Below, piece after piece: positions 24,920-38,123 of a stretch of 64,000 nt of DNA. Source of the stretch: Eremomyces bilateralis CBS 781.70 (Eukaryota); assembly GCA_010015585.1 (NCBI GenBank), contig ML975170.1; one strand, given 5' to 3'. The notes beneath the pieces are model-generated. The model saw only the letters and a program-made list of their open reading frames with translations, was not told where the DNA came from and did not search any database. The position numbers and the translations under genes were made by a program. Numbering within the stretch: position 1 is the first letter of the stretch; each line of letters starts with the position of its first letter.

Positions 24920-26773
24920 ACTTCGTGATGGAGAATTGCTACTGAACGGGGCCTAATAAACGAAGCTTACCATCGATGGGATTTAAAAAGGCCGGCCGTG
25001 CTGCTTGCCTCCAGGTACGATCACATGTAGACTGTGGCCCACAGTGGATGCCCTGCCACGGCTGCCAGGGCCGTCGTAATGCTCTGCCGTTGGAGTTTAT
25101 TGATTGCCTCTTCGAAGTCGTGAACACACATTACGAATCAAAAATGGAATAAGGTTTGGAGATAATTGATTACGATGCTAAGGTGCCGAGGCAAGGTTAC
25201 AAAACTACTCCGTAGGGATACAGGGAGGCAGTTTCGGTGCATGTGTCAGAGCTAGCGCTGACCAAAGCATCAGACATCTGGTGCCCTACAGGCTACAGCC
25301 TATTAAGGTATAAACGAAATGGAATCGTAGATGACAACATTGTACACAGCAAGACTGCAACTTTGGATCGAAATTGACAAAGGTATTCTCATAACATTAT
25401 TTAGTATATCATACGTAAGACGAAGTTGAGTCGAATCAGGACCCCCACGCCATCTGAAGTTCTACACCAGTTGATCACAGCCCTGGAGGGAGCTTCCACG
25501 ATGACCTCAACATCTCCAACTTACCTAGGTCAGTGAGACGGCTACAGAAACGCCCAATCGTAAAGTGTTAGATATCGGTATTCGGTAGCTGCCTGGTATA
25601 GAATTTTCGTATCCCACCTCAAAGCTAAGCCAGATGTTGTGGGTTCCTGGCGCGCGCCTACGATGTGCTAGAAGGTGTATCCGTAGAAACTACAGTGATC
25701 GACCTATGAAAGGAGAGATGTCAGAAACAAGTCGCCATAGATAGGAGCAGAGGAGATAGGAAATGGCGGAGAGCCGTGATACAGTCAGATCGGCGAGTGA
25801 ATTTGTGTTCCTCAAAGCATAAGAGCTCAGTAATACAACAGGAAAGAAAGATCCACAATCATCATAGAATTATTTGAGAGAATTGGCAAATGGAAGAGTT
25901 GGGAACATACCTTGTTTCATAGACACAAGCAACGCGTAGATCCTGCTAGGGATCTTGGGTACTAGCAATGCCCACTACCACAGTCAACAGTGGGGATGAG
26001 AATTGAGAGCTAGATAGCGGGCGTCGGATGGTTCACTACCCCATCATAACCGTCCAGATAATCATTGCTGCCATCGAGCAATGATAGGTCTAGGAGCCCG
26101 AAACATGCTTGATAATTCGCATTTTGTAACAGGAGGAGGTGTCTACAGGCAATAGACCTAAAGTCGGATGAGATTTAGAAAGAGAAACCTTCTCGCTAAC
26201 TAGAAAAAATGAATAACTAGAAGTTTAATAGTTATGGGCACGTGACTCTTTACCTCTACAGCCTGGTTGCCTCGGGTAAAAGGTCAACTGACCTCACGTG
26301 ATTTGCCTAACCCGATTAGGATGGTCAGCCGAGATTTTTTGGGGCCAGCCGAGCTGTCACCACGGCAAAAGGCCCCTCCGCCCCCCCCCACCCGTAATAA
26401 TACATGCCAAACTCCCTTTCATAGAAGCCAAAGATAAACTCCTGAGTCGAAATTCAGCCAAACGATATCTTGATATTCTCTCGGGAAATCATAAAATTCT
26501 ATATGCGTAGTCTGAACGGCGAGTGAGCTGAGCTGCATTCAATTCAACAATGGTGACAGGATCAGGTTTGGATATGATGTGTTCTGAATTCTGATGTACA
26601 CCTCAAAAACTATCCAGGGTTTCTACTTGGTCGTTATGGAAAGGCTTCCGTGGTAGTTTAGGCCATGATGCTTCGTCTCCGCTGGCATATCAAAGTACTG
26701 CATCCAGGCAAGCATTGCTTTCTAATACTCCAGATCTAAACCCCTTGTCGATTGTGTGAGATGGCAGCGCATC

Positions 26774-28215
26774 TCACAGCTTGTTAAACTGCTCCTGAAA
26801 CGCCGTCTCCGCCTCCTTCGTACAATCATGTCCATAAATCTCTTTCTGGACCTCAGGATCCGCCCATTTGTCTGGCACCGGTCCCTTCCCACCAGCAGCT
26901 TTGAGGGCCGCGAATTGCTTGTCCCTCTCTTCCTTTGCCGCCCCCGATCCCAAATGTAGGGCGCGACCAGAAGCCGCAGCGATTGCTACGAGCGTCTCCG
27001 CCCGCTCCTTACGGACGGATTCGTATATCTGCAATGCTTTGTTAATGGACTCTGGACGGACGTCGGGCAGCCGACCGAGCACGACTCCTAGAACGGCGGA
27101 ATCTTCGATGGCTTGGGCAGCCCCTTGATTTAGGTGAGGAAGGGTGGCATGGCATGAATCGCCAACGAGAGCAACCGAACCGCATACCCAGGTTGGCAAG
27201 GGAGCGTACACACGCAGACGCCACTCGCACACCTCTCCTTCTGGGACCAGGTTCAGCATCTTCTGGACCTTGGGACAAAAGTCCTCGAACACCTTTAGCA
27301 TGACTTCCTTCGACCCTTTCGTCGTGTATGTTATTGACGGCGCTTCCGCGAAATTGTTGTCCGGTTGCACGGTCGAGAGGTTGTAGATGGTCTTGCTTTG
27401 GATCGGATATGCGATGATATGCCGCTTCTCCCCGATCCACCGCGTCACCCCGTCGGAATTAATCAGTTCTAACAGCTCGGGGTCGTGCTCCATGTCTTTC
27501 CGGTCCAACACGATTCGATAGGCGGCCTGTCCCGTCTCGACAATCTCCGCGTCGACTTTGAGATGTGCGAGCATCGATGTGCGAGTGGCGCTCTTAATGC
27601 CGTCGGCACCAAGAAGAATATCCGCCTCGATCGTGTATGGCTCTCCGTCGCGTGGAGTCACCGTGAAGACCGGCTTCGGTGACCATGACTCCACGGAGCT
27701 GATGCCAGTCCGGAAAATGAACTTGATGGCATTATATTTCTTACAACCTTCATAGAGTCCTGTTGCAAGAGAGTATCGATGCCCAGTTCCATGCGGGAAG
27801 CCATAGATCTGCCTGATGTCGGGCATCATGACATGAGCCAATTCATTATCGGTCGCACCGTCTGTATTGGTCAGCACAGAACCAACGTTGATCTTGAATG
27901 GTATTACCCCGGATGCTCGTCTCCTTAATTCCCGTAGACTCCTGCTCGATGGGGTCCCAGACGCCGAATCTGTCTAGGATGCGGGCAAGATTGGGAGCAA
28001 GCTGGATGCCAGCTCCAACAAAGCCAAGGTCCGAAGCCAATTCGTAAACCTCAATGTTTTGGAACCCAGCTCTTGCAAGTGCCAGGGCGCTGGAGAGACC
28101 GCCCATTCCTAGACCGGCGGTTAGCAGGTTGGGACGGGACAGTTCGCTTTTTTTGAAGGACTCTCATACCAGCGCCAGCGATACATATCTTCAAATTTTT
28201 GACTTGATCATCCAT
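26774..28215 (-). CDS. FAD-dependent monooxygenase (salicylate-hydroxylase-like, class A flavoprotein)
   Basis: MDDQVKNLKICIAGAG|MGGL (GxGxxG split by an intron), GAGIQLAPN, GADGIKS, LVGDSCHATLPHLNQGAAQAIED. Confidence 0.93.
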
Positions 28216-28774
28216 GTTTGCTGCTGTACTTGGGTATCAGTGATCACTTCCTTGATTCCGTTTGCTTTAAGTAACTAATAGTTCAAGTTTGGTGGGCGTC
28301 AAGCCATATATATCTCGGCGCCATTGTTCCATAATTCCATCACCGAGCCACCGGCGTCTGTTGAGGGCTAGATGCTCCGTCCTGTTTTTTACTGTGCATC
28401 ATCCACGGACCGATGGACGTAAGTCGTAACTACTCTAAGTTAAGGCCCGACTACCTTTTGGCGAACCGTGGATTATTACCGGTACACCAGAAGAATCCCG
28501 ATGATGATCCCAACGTGCATGTGGCTGGCACAGGGTGAATGGCGGGGACAAAGATTCCAGCCTGGATTCGGGAGCTCCCATCGGCTCTTCAGCGCCCTCC
28601 AATGTCCACTTCTTCCTCCCACACACACTCTCCGCAAATCCCCTCCAGTTCTCGTTAACTACACGCCATCCATCGATTCATCGTCTTCTATCCTCACACT
28701 CACCCCACTTCTACTTCGAATCTCCAATACAAACAGAGGGCCTCGTTATTACTGTCGTTATCGGAGTCTAGGCC

Positions 28775-29646
28775 ATGCAGGACTTTTGGCTCGCTTTACT
28801 CACTCTGATCTACCTGGTCAATCAGCAGGAGAAGACCATCCGCACCACCCACGTCCTCCCCGAATTCGACGAAGATGCCTTCGAGCTCGAAATGCTCGCA
28901 TACCTGGAGGAATCCCAGACCCGGCGCCAGACCGCGACGCGTCAGGCCCGTCAAGCCGTCGGACTAACCTTTAAGTACGTCGATTTCTCCACACGAAGTC
29001 CTTCCGCTAGCGACACCGGCAGCCTGTTCCCCGCGACCGATACCCAATTCCCCGACCCTCCCATCAACCCCACTGGTGGATTCGAGACCCTGGGAGCCGC
29101 CGAGGAGTATATCCGTCGATATGCCCGAGATCGGTGGTTTGGCATCTCCCGCCAGAGGAGCAATGTAGACAAACGCAACGTGGTCCGGAAGGTGTTTGTG
29201 CAGTGCAACCGGGCGGGGACGTGTTTCTCAAAAGCGCAGAGGAGAAAATCCGCGTCACGAAAAAGCAACTGCCCGTGGAAAGTCATTATCAAGCGAGTAG
29301 ATGGTACGAGACTTGCACCACGCTCCCGTTCGTCATGTAATCTGACCTGTGCACTGTAGGAAGCTGGTTCATCTCTAGTAACTGCTTGACCCATAACCAC
29401 GAAATGAGCGAACCCATCGCCCATAATTGCCATCGAACTCGCGGAGTCGAAATCCAGACGAAAGTGTTCGACATGAGCCAAGCGGGCTTGTCACCCAAGG
29501 AGATTTGCGCAGCACTATCACAGGAGAAAACTTCCAATGGAGAACCTATTCTCATCCGTCCGCGGGATGTGTACAACATTCGAGCCAAGTTCCGGCGTCA
29601 AAGGGACGTCGAAACAGGTACAGCGTTTACTTCCATACCCACGTAA
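28775..29646 (+). CDS. FAR1/WRKY-GCM1-type DNA-binding domain protein derived from a MULE transposase; no DDE domain
   Basis: FETLGAAEEYIRRYA..FGI..RS..VFVQCNRAG..RRKSASRKSNCPWKV, intron at about 29303-29359, then WFI..HNH and SPKEI..IRPRDVYNIR. Stops before any catalytic domain. Confidence 0.7.
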
Positions 29647-29778
29647 GAGGCCTCCAAGATCCTCGCTATCGCATGTCCGGCTCTTGAAGTCCAGCTCTCG
29701 ACGAGGCTTCGAGGCGTAATCCATCCCTTCGCCGATACTAAAAAGAGCATCCTGTTCCGCCTCTGCTAGCTATGAGCT

Positions 29779-30207
29779 CTAATTTCCGTCTATCTGGTCC
29801 AGCAACGAAGGAACCTTCTCGAGGAGATATTCGACGATGGCATCCGGTCCTCTCTCGACTTGCAATCCATGAGGAATAGCATGTGTCTTGATTCCGGGTC
29901 TGAGCTCCTTTGCAATGGCCTGTATCTGCTCCGCCTCCTCGCTGGACCACATCGATGCGCAGAACTATTGACTGGTCAGTATATCATCTAGGTGCTGCGG
30001 TCTTGTTGCGCTACTTACCAAGAGATCAGGCTGAATTTCTCGGACCTTTCCTTCGACTTCGTCGATCTTTTCGCAATTGCCAGCATGCACCAGAGTGTAT
30101 CGGTCTTCCAGCGCCTTTGCGACACGCCCGATAAGGCGATATGCTCGCTCTGGAGCTGTGTTGACCGTCACCAGCTTGAACGGTCCTTTGGGTGCTGTTG
30201 CAGTCAT
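29779..30207 (-). CDS. Small hypothetical protein (about 124 aa, 2 exons)
   Basis: MTATAPKGPFKLVTVNTAPERAYRLIG..QPDLL|FCASMWSSEEAEQIQAIAKELRPGIKTHAIPHGLQVERGPDAIVEYL; intron GTAAGT..CTGAC..TAG; stop at 29779-29781. Confidence 0.85.
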
Positions 30208-30846
30208 GGTGGAATTATTTGCGCACGCGGTGGTCAGGGATGTGCAGATAATGAACCTGGTGTAGGGCCTGGGGATGGCTGAAACGACTGTCTTTTACAT
30301 GTTTGCGTTGGCTGTGGTACGATGGTACCGAATATTGATGGCGATGCCGACATCACATGCCGATATTCCCGCATTTGCGGCGGTCCATCAGGAGTATGTC
30401 ATGGTACTGGGGGCTTTCGGCTTTGGCCGACCAATGCCGATTGCGGAGACCAGGTAATTAGAGTGTAGAGCCCAGAGTGTGGTTTGACGGTTTCCTGGGG
30501 TTCGACGATAATGTGTTAGCTCACGTATTCATGTTAGTGCGCGGGGTGAATGCAAGCATCAGATCATCTAGTGGGGGAGCGGAGACGGCAGAGGAACATT
30601 CCCCTGAAACCCTCCGCCACGGCAATAAAATCGGGCCTGGAAAGGTCGAGGAAGACCAAAAACTTGATATGAATTGCTCATGGACGAACGGATCATTCTG
30701 TTCGGGTGTTAGCTATCTAAATAATGCAATGGAAGTAACTGTTCTTATCCTCAGTCCTCCTTGAGTCAAACGTACCAATTATTGCACCGGTAGCATTTAA
30801 TCTCCATCCACATCATCCAAAGTCGAGAAGTCGGGAACGTCCTACA

Positions 30847-32179
30847 ATGGTCAAGGGATATAGCTTCGAAGAGGCTTCGGCCGGATTTCGCAATCATCTC
30901 CCAGATCTAAACACACCACGCTTCATCAATGCGAAAAGCCAAAGTCCGTATGAATACTCGAACACATTCCGCGATACCCAACATCCGCCATGGCTCTACA
31001 GCCTAACAAAAGCATGGGAGCAACTCCTAGAGGAACCTTACAAAGGAGTCACGGTAGACGGCAGTATACGGCATGGCCTCTTCAAACACCAAGACGAAGA
31101 TGTTCCCATGGCGAACATCGTGTCGACAGTCAAATCATTACTCTCAACGCTTACACCCGACCAAGCGAGTCAGTTTCGCCATCCTCTTAATTCCAAGGCC
31201 TGGCGCAGTTGGTCGAACCCCGAGTTCCTCCTTCGTCCGCTGGGACTCCGATTGGAAGAAGTATCCGAGTCCGTGAACGGGGGGATTCACCGAGTGATGC
31301 AAGCAACGTTATCTCCGGAGGGATATCAAAAGGCAGTTGCCACTATGCGCATCAACCACTTCCTCGGCGAGCTGGTATCACTTCCAAAGATTATGAACGA
31401 CCAGTCGTACAACTTCCTCCTCTTCGGCGAACCCTCCGAGTCGGGGCCGTGGGGATGGTCGTTATACGGGCACCATCTATGCCTGAACGTGTTTTTGCAG
31501 GGGACGCAAATCTTCATTTCGCCGACGTTCACCGGCGCGGAACCGAACGTTATTGATTCGGGGAAATGGAGGGGGACGGAAATTCTTCACACGGAGGGAG
31601 CCTTGGGACTGACACTGATGCAGAGTCTGCCGGTGGATACGCAACGGAAAGCCCAAGTGTTCGAGGAGCTGAGGGACCCTAGGATGTTACAGTCCGGCGA
31701 TCTAACAAAAGATCGGTGGAATCGAGACGACCAGAGGCATATGTGTGGAGCGTAAGTGCATACGCGATCGACATGAATAGCAAATGGCTAACAATGAAAC
31801 CAGCTTCCGAGACAATCGCATTGTCCCCTATGAAGGAGCCTGCGCCTCGAGCTTTACCACGGAACAAAAACAACTCATCCTTGAAATCGCTAACGAGATG
31901 CTGCTCTATATACCTGGTACGGCACGGAAAAGGAGACTAGAGCTGATTGCGTCGCATTTTAACGAGACGTACTTCTGCTGGATAGGGCAGTACGGGGATG
32001 CGGATCCTTTTTATTATCGAATCCAAAGTCCAGTGATCATTTTGGAATTTGACCACCATTCGGGCGTATTCTTGACGAATGAAGAGCCGGGAAAGTTCCA
32101 TACGCACACGATTGTGAGGACGCCAAATCAAGGGGATTATGGGTGCGCCTTGCGGAAACAGGAAGATGTGGTCTTGTAG
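30847..32179 (+). CDS. DUF3500-family protein
   Basis: WRSWSNPE, LSPEGYQK, WGWSLYGHHLCLN, SPTFTGAEP, FYYRIQSPVIILEFDHHSGVFL..HTHTIVRTPNQGDYG; intron at about 31752-31803. Confidence 0.85.
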
Positions 32180-32263
32180 CTGTGTATGAGCGGGGGCACA
32201 ACTGCCGTGCCGACAGAGTCGAAGATGTGGTTTGAAAGGAATACATATTCGATACATATCACG

Positions 32264-33422
32264 CTATTTCTCGTTCTGGAACCTGTTAACCAGTGTACCG
32301 ATGTACGGTAGAATCTCAACGCCGAATTCGTCTCCATCCTTGATGGAGACTTTCGGCTTTCTTGCAAATCCCACGCCGGCCGGGGTTCCCGTCATGATTA
32401 TCGTACCGGCGGGCAGAGTCGTGCCTTGCGACACGAAGCTGACTAGTTTTGGAACGCTGAATATAAGATCGCTATCACGCATATCAGTCGAGCATATTCC
32501 GGTGATTGCAGGCGGATTAACTCACTCGGTTCCGCAGTCTTGCATCACCTTCCCATTCAGAAGTCCCCGGACTTTCAATTTGGTGGCATCGGGGATCAAG
32601 GCTGTCGAGACGATCGTAGGACCTTGTTTGATCAGCTCAGTCATACGAATCAGACTACAGAACCTCCATACCAATTGGACAGGCGCCATCAAATCCCTTT
32701 GAGAAGGACCATTGGCTCTGATTCAGTTGACTGGTCCGACTGGAAATGTCGTTTCCAGCAGTGTACCCCAATACATAGTCCAGAGCATCGGCTTCAGACA
32801 CATTCTTCGCTTCCTTGCCAATCACAATGACCAGCTCGGATTCGAAGTCGCCGCAGTCGTCGGCCTGAGTCAGCTTGGGAAGCACCGTCGGCTCTGGCCA
32901 GGGTGATGCCAAAGACGTTGAAGGTTTCCTGGTCTCGTTTTAGCTCAAATGGACCTGAAGGAAATATTCCCAACGGAGTCAAAGTCTTACAGAAACACTG
33001 TTGGCAGGGTAGGAAGAGCCATGCCAACCTCGGCGGCATGTTGCTTATACTACACCCCGATGGCATCAGCACCGCGCAAGTCACAACGTGAGGGGATACT
33101 TGCGTTCAATCCGATGCACCGTATCGTCCCTACTTCCGATGCGGCCAACGGAGATAAAATGCGGTCAATCACGGCCGTCGACTCCGTTATCTGGCCGGGC
33201 GAGAGCACGGAGGTGCCGCTGAAGAGTCGAACAGGCACATCGTCACCTTTGGCGACCGCCACGCCGATGTCGACGTTATCGTCCGCAGGCTGGCCGATCA
33301 GAGTTTTGGAAGCGTCTGAACGAGGCACAAAGCGGACAAGCCCTGATGAATTGTCAGTTAGGAAATGCGAAATACGATGAGGATCATGCTGCCAAACTCT
33401 TAAAGTTCTGTGAAATCGACAT
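32264..33422 (-). CDS. Fumarylacetoacetate hydrolase (FAH) family protein
   Basis: MSISQNFKR|LVRF, IRCIGLN|YKQH, DFESELVIVIGK, GYTAGNDISSR, KGFDGACPIG, TLPAGTIIMTGTPAGVG; several short introns. Confidence 0.93.
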
Positions 33423-34097
33423 AGCTCTGCGAATCATTCCCAATGGTTATTATACGTATGTATAGCTACTATACTGGCCTCGAAGTCAGCGTTGGATAGC
33501 ACCTTGTCTATCCAAGAGAGGATGCTTAGATATACAGATACGTGGAAGAATTTCCGTCGTTCCCGTGACTACGGAGTATTGTTTCTATACCTGATTCATT
33601 GCCGAACATGCTGGCCCAACTACCGCCGTCCATGTCATCTCAGCTCCGATGTCGTGCGTTACGTGCGTAGTGTGCCCGAACCTGACAAGGAACACCCCCT
33701 CGATCTGTGGGGGGGGTAGTGCCCGCCAGGGTGGCCCCATTTTATGGACGGCGCTTCGGTCCTCGGGGTATCAAATTCCCTTCAATGACGGGCAGGCATT
33801 TTGGGAAGGGTTCTTCTGACTTCTGGATCGAATCTCCCGAACGAGAACACATTGCAATGGATATTTGGAGCGGTTTTGAATTTATGCTATCGTGGAATTC
33901 TCTGATAAATGCTAATCTTACATGCGCTGGAACCATCATAGTCAAATCTTCGCCATGCAGAACTTTTGGAAGCCAAATGTGCCTGTCCGAAGCCACTTCC
34001 GATGCCTCGCAGTAAGGAGATGATGATTTTAAATATGAATCCGCTTGAGGATGCCCACCCAGACCGCAACTGCATCCTGCAGTACCATAGCTTCACC

Positions 34098-37000
34098 TTA
34101 CGAGCTGGCGTTGAGCAGTTCAAGGATCAGGTCCTTCGCCTCTTCAACCCCCTCTCGACTGCCCTGAATCTCGACCGGCTCACCCTTGGCCTGGTCTCGA
34201 GGCACCGTAATCCTCGTGCCTGTCGCGTCACGGATCGAATTGATCTGCTTGCCACCCGGCCCGACGACTACACGGTACGAGCGCGGATCGGGTAGCAGGA
34301 GGTATCCGACTGAGCCACTCTTCTGTGCCGTTTCAAGCGCTCTCTCAACAATGGCGCGTGCCTGAGTTGTACTATCTGCCACTCCGCGAAGGACCCAGGG
34401 GATGTCACCGGATTCGCCCTCAGGCTCTGCGGCCGAATCCACTACTTCCCAGGTGTGCTGATTCGGCGTGGAATTTTCGTTGTTGATTCCATTGATCCGG
34501 GTCGGCCTAGGCTTCGATTTCGGCTTGGGTGGTACGCGGTGCCCCTCGTGGTCGACCGAAACATTGAAGTCTCGTCGAAGTTTGCGGAACAACTGTCCAT
34601 TGTCCGCCACGGCGTGATGGTGGCATCGCGGGATTTGGATGGTCTCGCCTTCACGAGACTTGACGATCTCCTCAATATGAGATCGCGCCACTCCAACATC
34701 CGCTGGTGTGCCCGTGATCCGAATCTGCGAGCGAGCAGGACCGGTCACATCCTGCTTAGGAATGTCGACAATGACTTTGAAGCGCGATTCGATGTTGCGT
34801 CGAGTATCGCCACCCCGGCCGATCAGCATGCGATGCTTATCCGGAGCAACCTCCATGGTTTCCGTGGTTTCGTTTTGTCGGCGGCTAACTTCCGCATTGA
34901 TAGCCTCGATGATCCGGTCGACCAATGTTTCGCCACCTTCGACGCGAACGGCATGCTGGTCCTCATTGGCTCGTGGGAAGCGAACAATTCTGGCGCATTC
35001 GCGGGGACCATCTGGCCCTCCGGCTGCTACGACAAGCTTTCGAATATTTTGACCTACTACGGTGTTAGTCTGAGCACCTCATGAAATATGGCATGTTTAC
35101 CTTGAGGCCCGATCAACAGCTTGTGATATTTCCGGTCAACGTCAACTGTCTTTGTGACCGTTGAATCGTACGTTTGAGCGCGCTGCTCAATCAGTTCCTT
35201 CGCGGCATCAACCTGGGCCTTTGTTCCACGAATTTTGATATCCACACGACCTGAGGCGGCGCGAGCGTCCTTCGTTCCGGGTACATCGATTTTCGCACCA
35301 GTGGTCATACGAAGATTATCCAATTCGCGGCCGGCCTGTCCAATGAGTGAAGGAAGTTGATCCTGCGCAACGGAGACGGTCGCATTATGTGAATTATCCT
35401 TCACATATTGCAAGAGATTGAGAAGCTCGGAGCAGGCCTCATCGACACCCCTGCTCGGTCCCCGAATAACCACCTCATCCGGCGCAACAGAACGAGTTCT
35501 GGTGGAACCATTCTCAGTTCCAGCATCCACGTTATCACCCACAGATCCCGCGGATTTCGGGAAGTTGATGCGGACGTTGTAACGGCCCTGCAATTTGTTG
35601 ACTTGAGCACCCTTGGCGCCAATCAGCTCAGGGTGGAATTGCGGGCTGATCTTCAAGACGTGCGTGGCCTCATCCTCAAGCTTCTTCCCAAAGCTCACAA
35701 TGTGAGCCTTGGCTCGCTCAGCTTTGGCTTGGGGGCCCTTGATTTCCACTTTGCCGTCATTGCTCAGTTGGAGGTCCACATCAAATTCCTTGCGTAGCTT
35801 GCTGATGTTTTCTCCTTGCTTTCCGATAAGAATATTCGTGTATTTTGTCGGAAACGCGCAGGAGGTGGTGTATGACCGTTCTTGTTCGTCCTTCTCTGCT
35901 TCTTCAATGAACTGGAGAATTGCGCTGTGCAAATCCTGAACCGTGTTTCCAGGACCGCGAATAGCGAAGGTGTTTTGTGACGGTTGACATCCCGAGGGCA
36001 GATCCTGCGGGGACAACATCCGCGCTGGGATTGCAGTAGACGACAAAGGCTTCTGGTGGGCATTGACAAAATCTCGAATCTTGCGGTGGAACCTGTGGTT
36101 AAATGATGAGACGGATACTTTCAAAAGGGGCGATACGAAGCTTACCTTGGATGAGCCTCCATCTCCTTGGTCTCAACCTGTTCCTGAGCACTGATAAGCG
36201 CAGTGATTTGCCGATGGGTTGCTTCCAGTCCTTTTTGGAATTGCTTGAGGTCGGCTACACTTGGCTGCTCGCGAGGAATTTGATAACCTTGGGCCTCGCC
36301 AGGTGCCTCGTACACGAGTAGAACTTGGGGAGATTGCCGTTGCTCGGGGAATATCATATGCACACCATGTTCACCCCTCAACTGTGGTGCTGCTGTACGG
36401 CGAAGATGCTCATGGAAGAACGGATCGACGTTAATATTCGCCAACCGCTGGGGCGGATGCCCAGTGACGATGTTCGCGACATCTTTCCGCGCCCGCATAG
36501 CCACTTTGCCGTCCTTGGAGCACACATTGAACGTGGTGGGCCCATCCAGGGACGTGGGCAAGATAATGCTCGCCTGGTGCTGTTGTTCTAATTGTTCAAC
36601 AGCCCGTCGCTCTCGGAGGTATCTCGCCAAGTTGTATGCATGATCTGGAGCTCCTCCATGCATACGGGAGACGTCGACAGGATTCATAAACACTCCCGAA
36701 GCAAGATCCTCGACCTTGTTCAAGCCACTGGCAATCCGGTCCGCCGGCCCAACGACAGTAATGAGCTCGCTGGCTTCCTCAGAGGGCGGAAGTACAACAG
36801 CGCATCCGGTCTCTTCCAGAAAGTCGTGGAGCGAGATTCCCTTGTCGCCGATCACGAAGGAATGAAGCGCCTGGTCCAAGGGTACCCGGTCAGTGGTGAG
36901 ATGTTGGCGCAATTGTTCCACGTGCCGTTCGATTTCGGCCCGAGCTTCCAGTGCAGCCTTGCGCTCTCCAGAAATTTGGATGGGCTGGGCTGGCTGCTGC

Positions 37001-38123
37001 GGGAGGGCGGGGCCTTGTCCTACTGCGAACTTTGGCGGCGCTCCTTCCCACGTCTGATAATGAGGAATCTGGATGTTGACGCCGTTGCCTCCCTGCAAGG
37101 CGTTGACTCGAGAATTATGTGCACCGGCGAGGAATGGGTACAATTCAGGAGCGATGTTGCGAAGTTTCCAGTTGACAGTGGATATTCGTTCGTCCACAAT
37201 GTTCCTGATCTCGCGCTCCGCCATCTTCGTCGCGACCGGATCTCCTTCGACGACGACATCTATCTCCTCATCGTCATCGAGCTGTCCATTCGACTCGTGG
37301 GTTCTAGGGACTTGAATCCTAGCCCCGGTACGCTTACTCAAAGCCTGAATAGTAGCCCCTTGTTTGCCGATGATTTGGGCTCGAAGAGATGCGGGGATCT
37401 TGACATTCAAAGATTGCTGGAAAGCTGTTAGTCCATTTCAGGGGGAAGTTTTTGCATATAACAAACCTTCATCCCGACCTGGCTGGCGACTTCTCGGAGA
37501 GCTTGTTGAACGGCCTCAATAGGGCCTTGTCCTTCAAAAACATACGACCCATTCACTTGTCCCGGCTTCATTTGAACCGTAGCCTTCGAGCGTCGGTTGA
37601 TATCTCGGATAATCTCTGGGATCGGTCTCTTTAGCTGGCTACGGGGAAGCATTTGGCTCGGAAGGAGCGTGATGTTGTCGCTTGACTTCCCCGGAAGGGA
37701 GAGGGTATGCAGCACAGAGCCACCCGCAGCGGAGGGGAGCGGTGTCGCCATGCCCGAGGCAGGGGTCGACAGTCTGGATGCCAGACTGGCAGCAACCCCA
37801 TTGGCGGAGCCGTTCAATCCATTGGTTGAACTTATGGCGGGCCTCTTCCCCCAGGCTGTCGCGCTCGGAGTCTCTCGGGATTTCGGGACCCCCAGTGATG
37901 GGAATGCCTCTTCGGAGGCGACATCGAGCTTTGGTGCCACGGGTTTCTTCGGCTTGGAATCGGTCTCCTCGTTGTCGACCGGTTCAGCAGATGCCGATGA
38001 AGATGCTCCAGCAGTGGTATGGTCTCCTAAGTGAGCGGATGGAGGAGGATGGATGAGGTCTTCCTCATCTTCGACCTCTTCGAGGGTTGGATTGTGAGGT
38101 TTCGGGGTCACGGTATCGGACAT
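34098..38123 (-). CDS. SCP160: Vigilin / Scp160 multi-KH-domain RNA-binding protein
   Basis: Many KH GxxG loops (IIGKQG, LIGKQG, LIGAKG, LIGQAG, LIGPQG, LIGRGG, VVGPGG) over four in-register ORFs separated by short introns. The start may lie in an upstream exon. Confidence 0.92.

Noticed and set aside
26250..26410. C-run and GC-rich patch resembling a transposon end
   Set aside because: No matching inverted partner or TSD found in the window.
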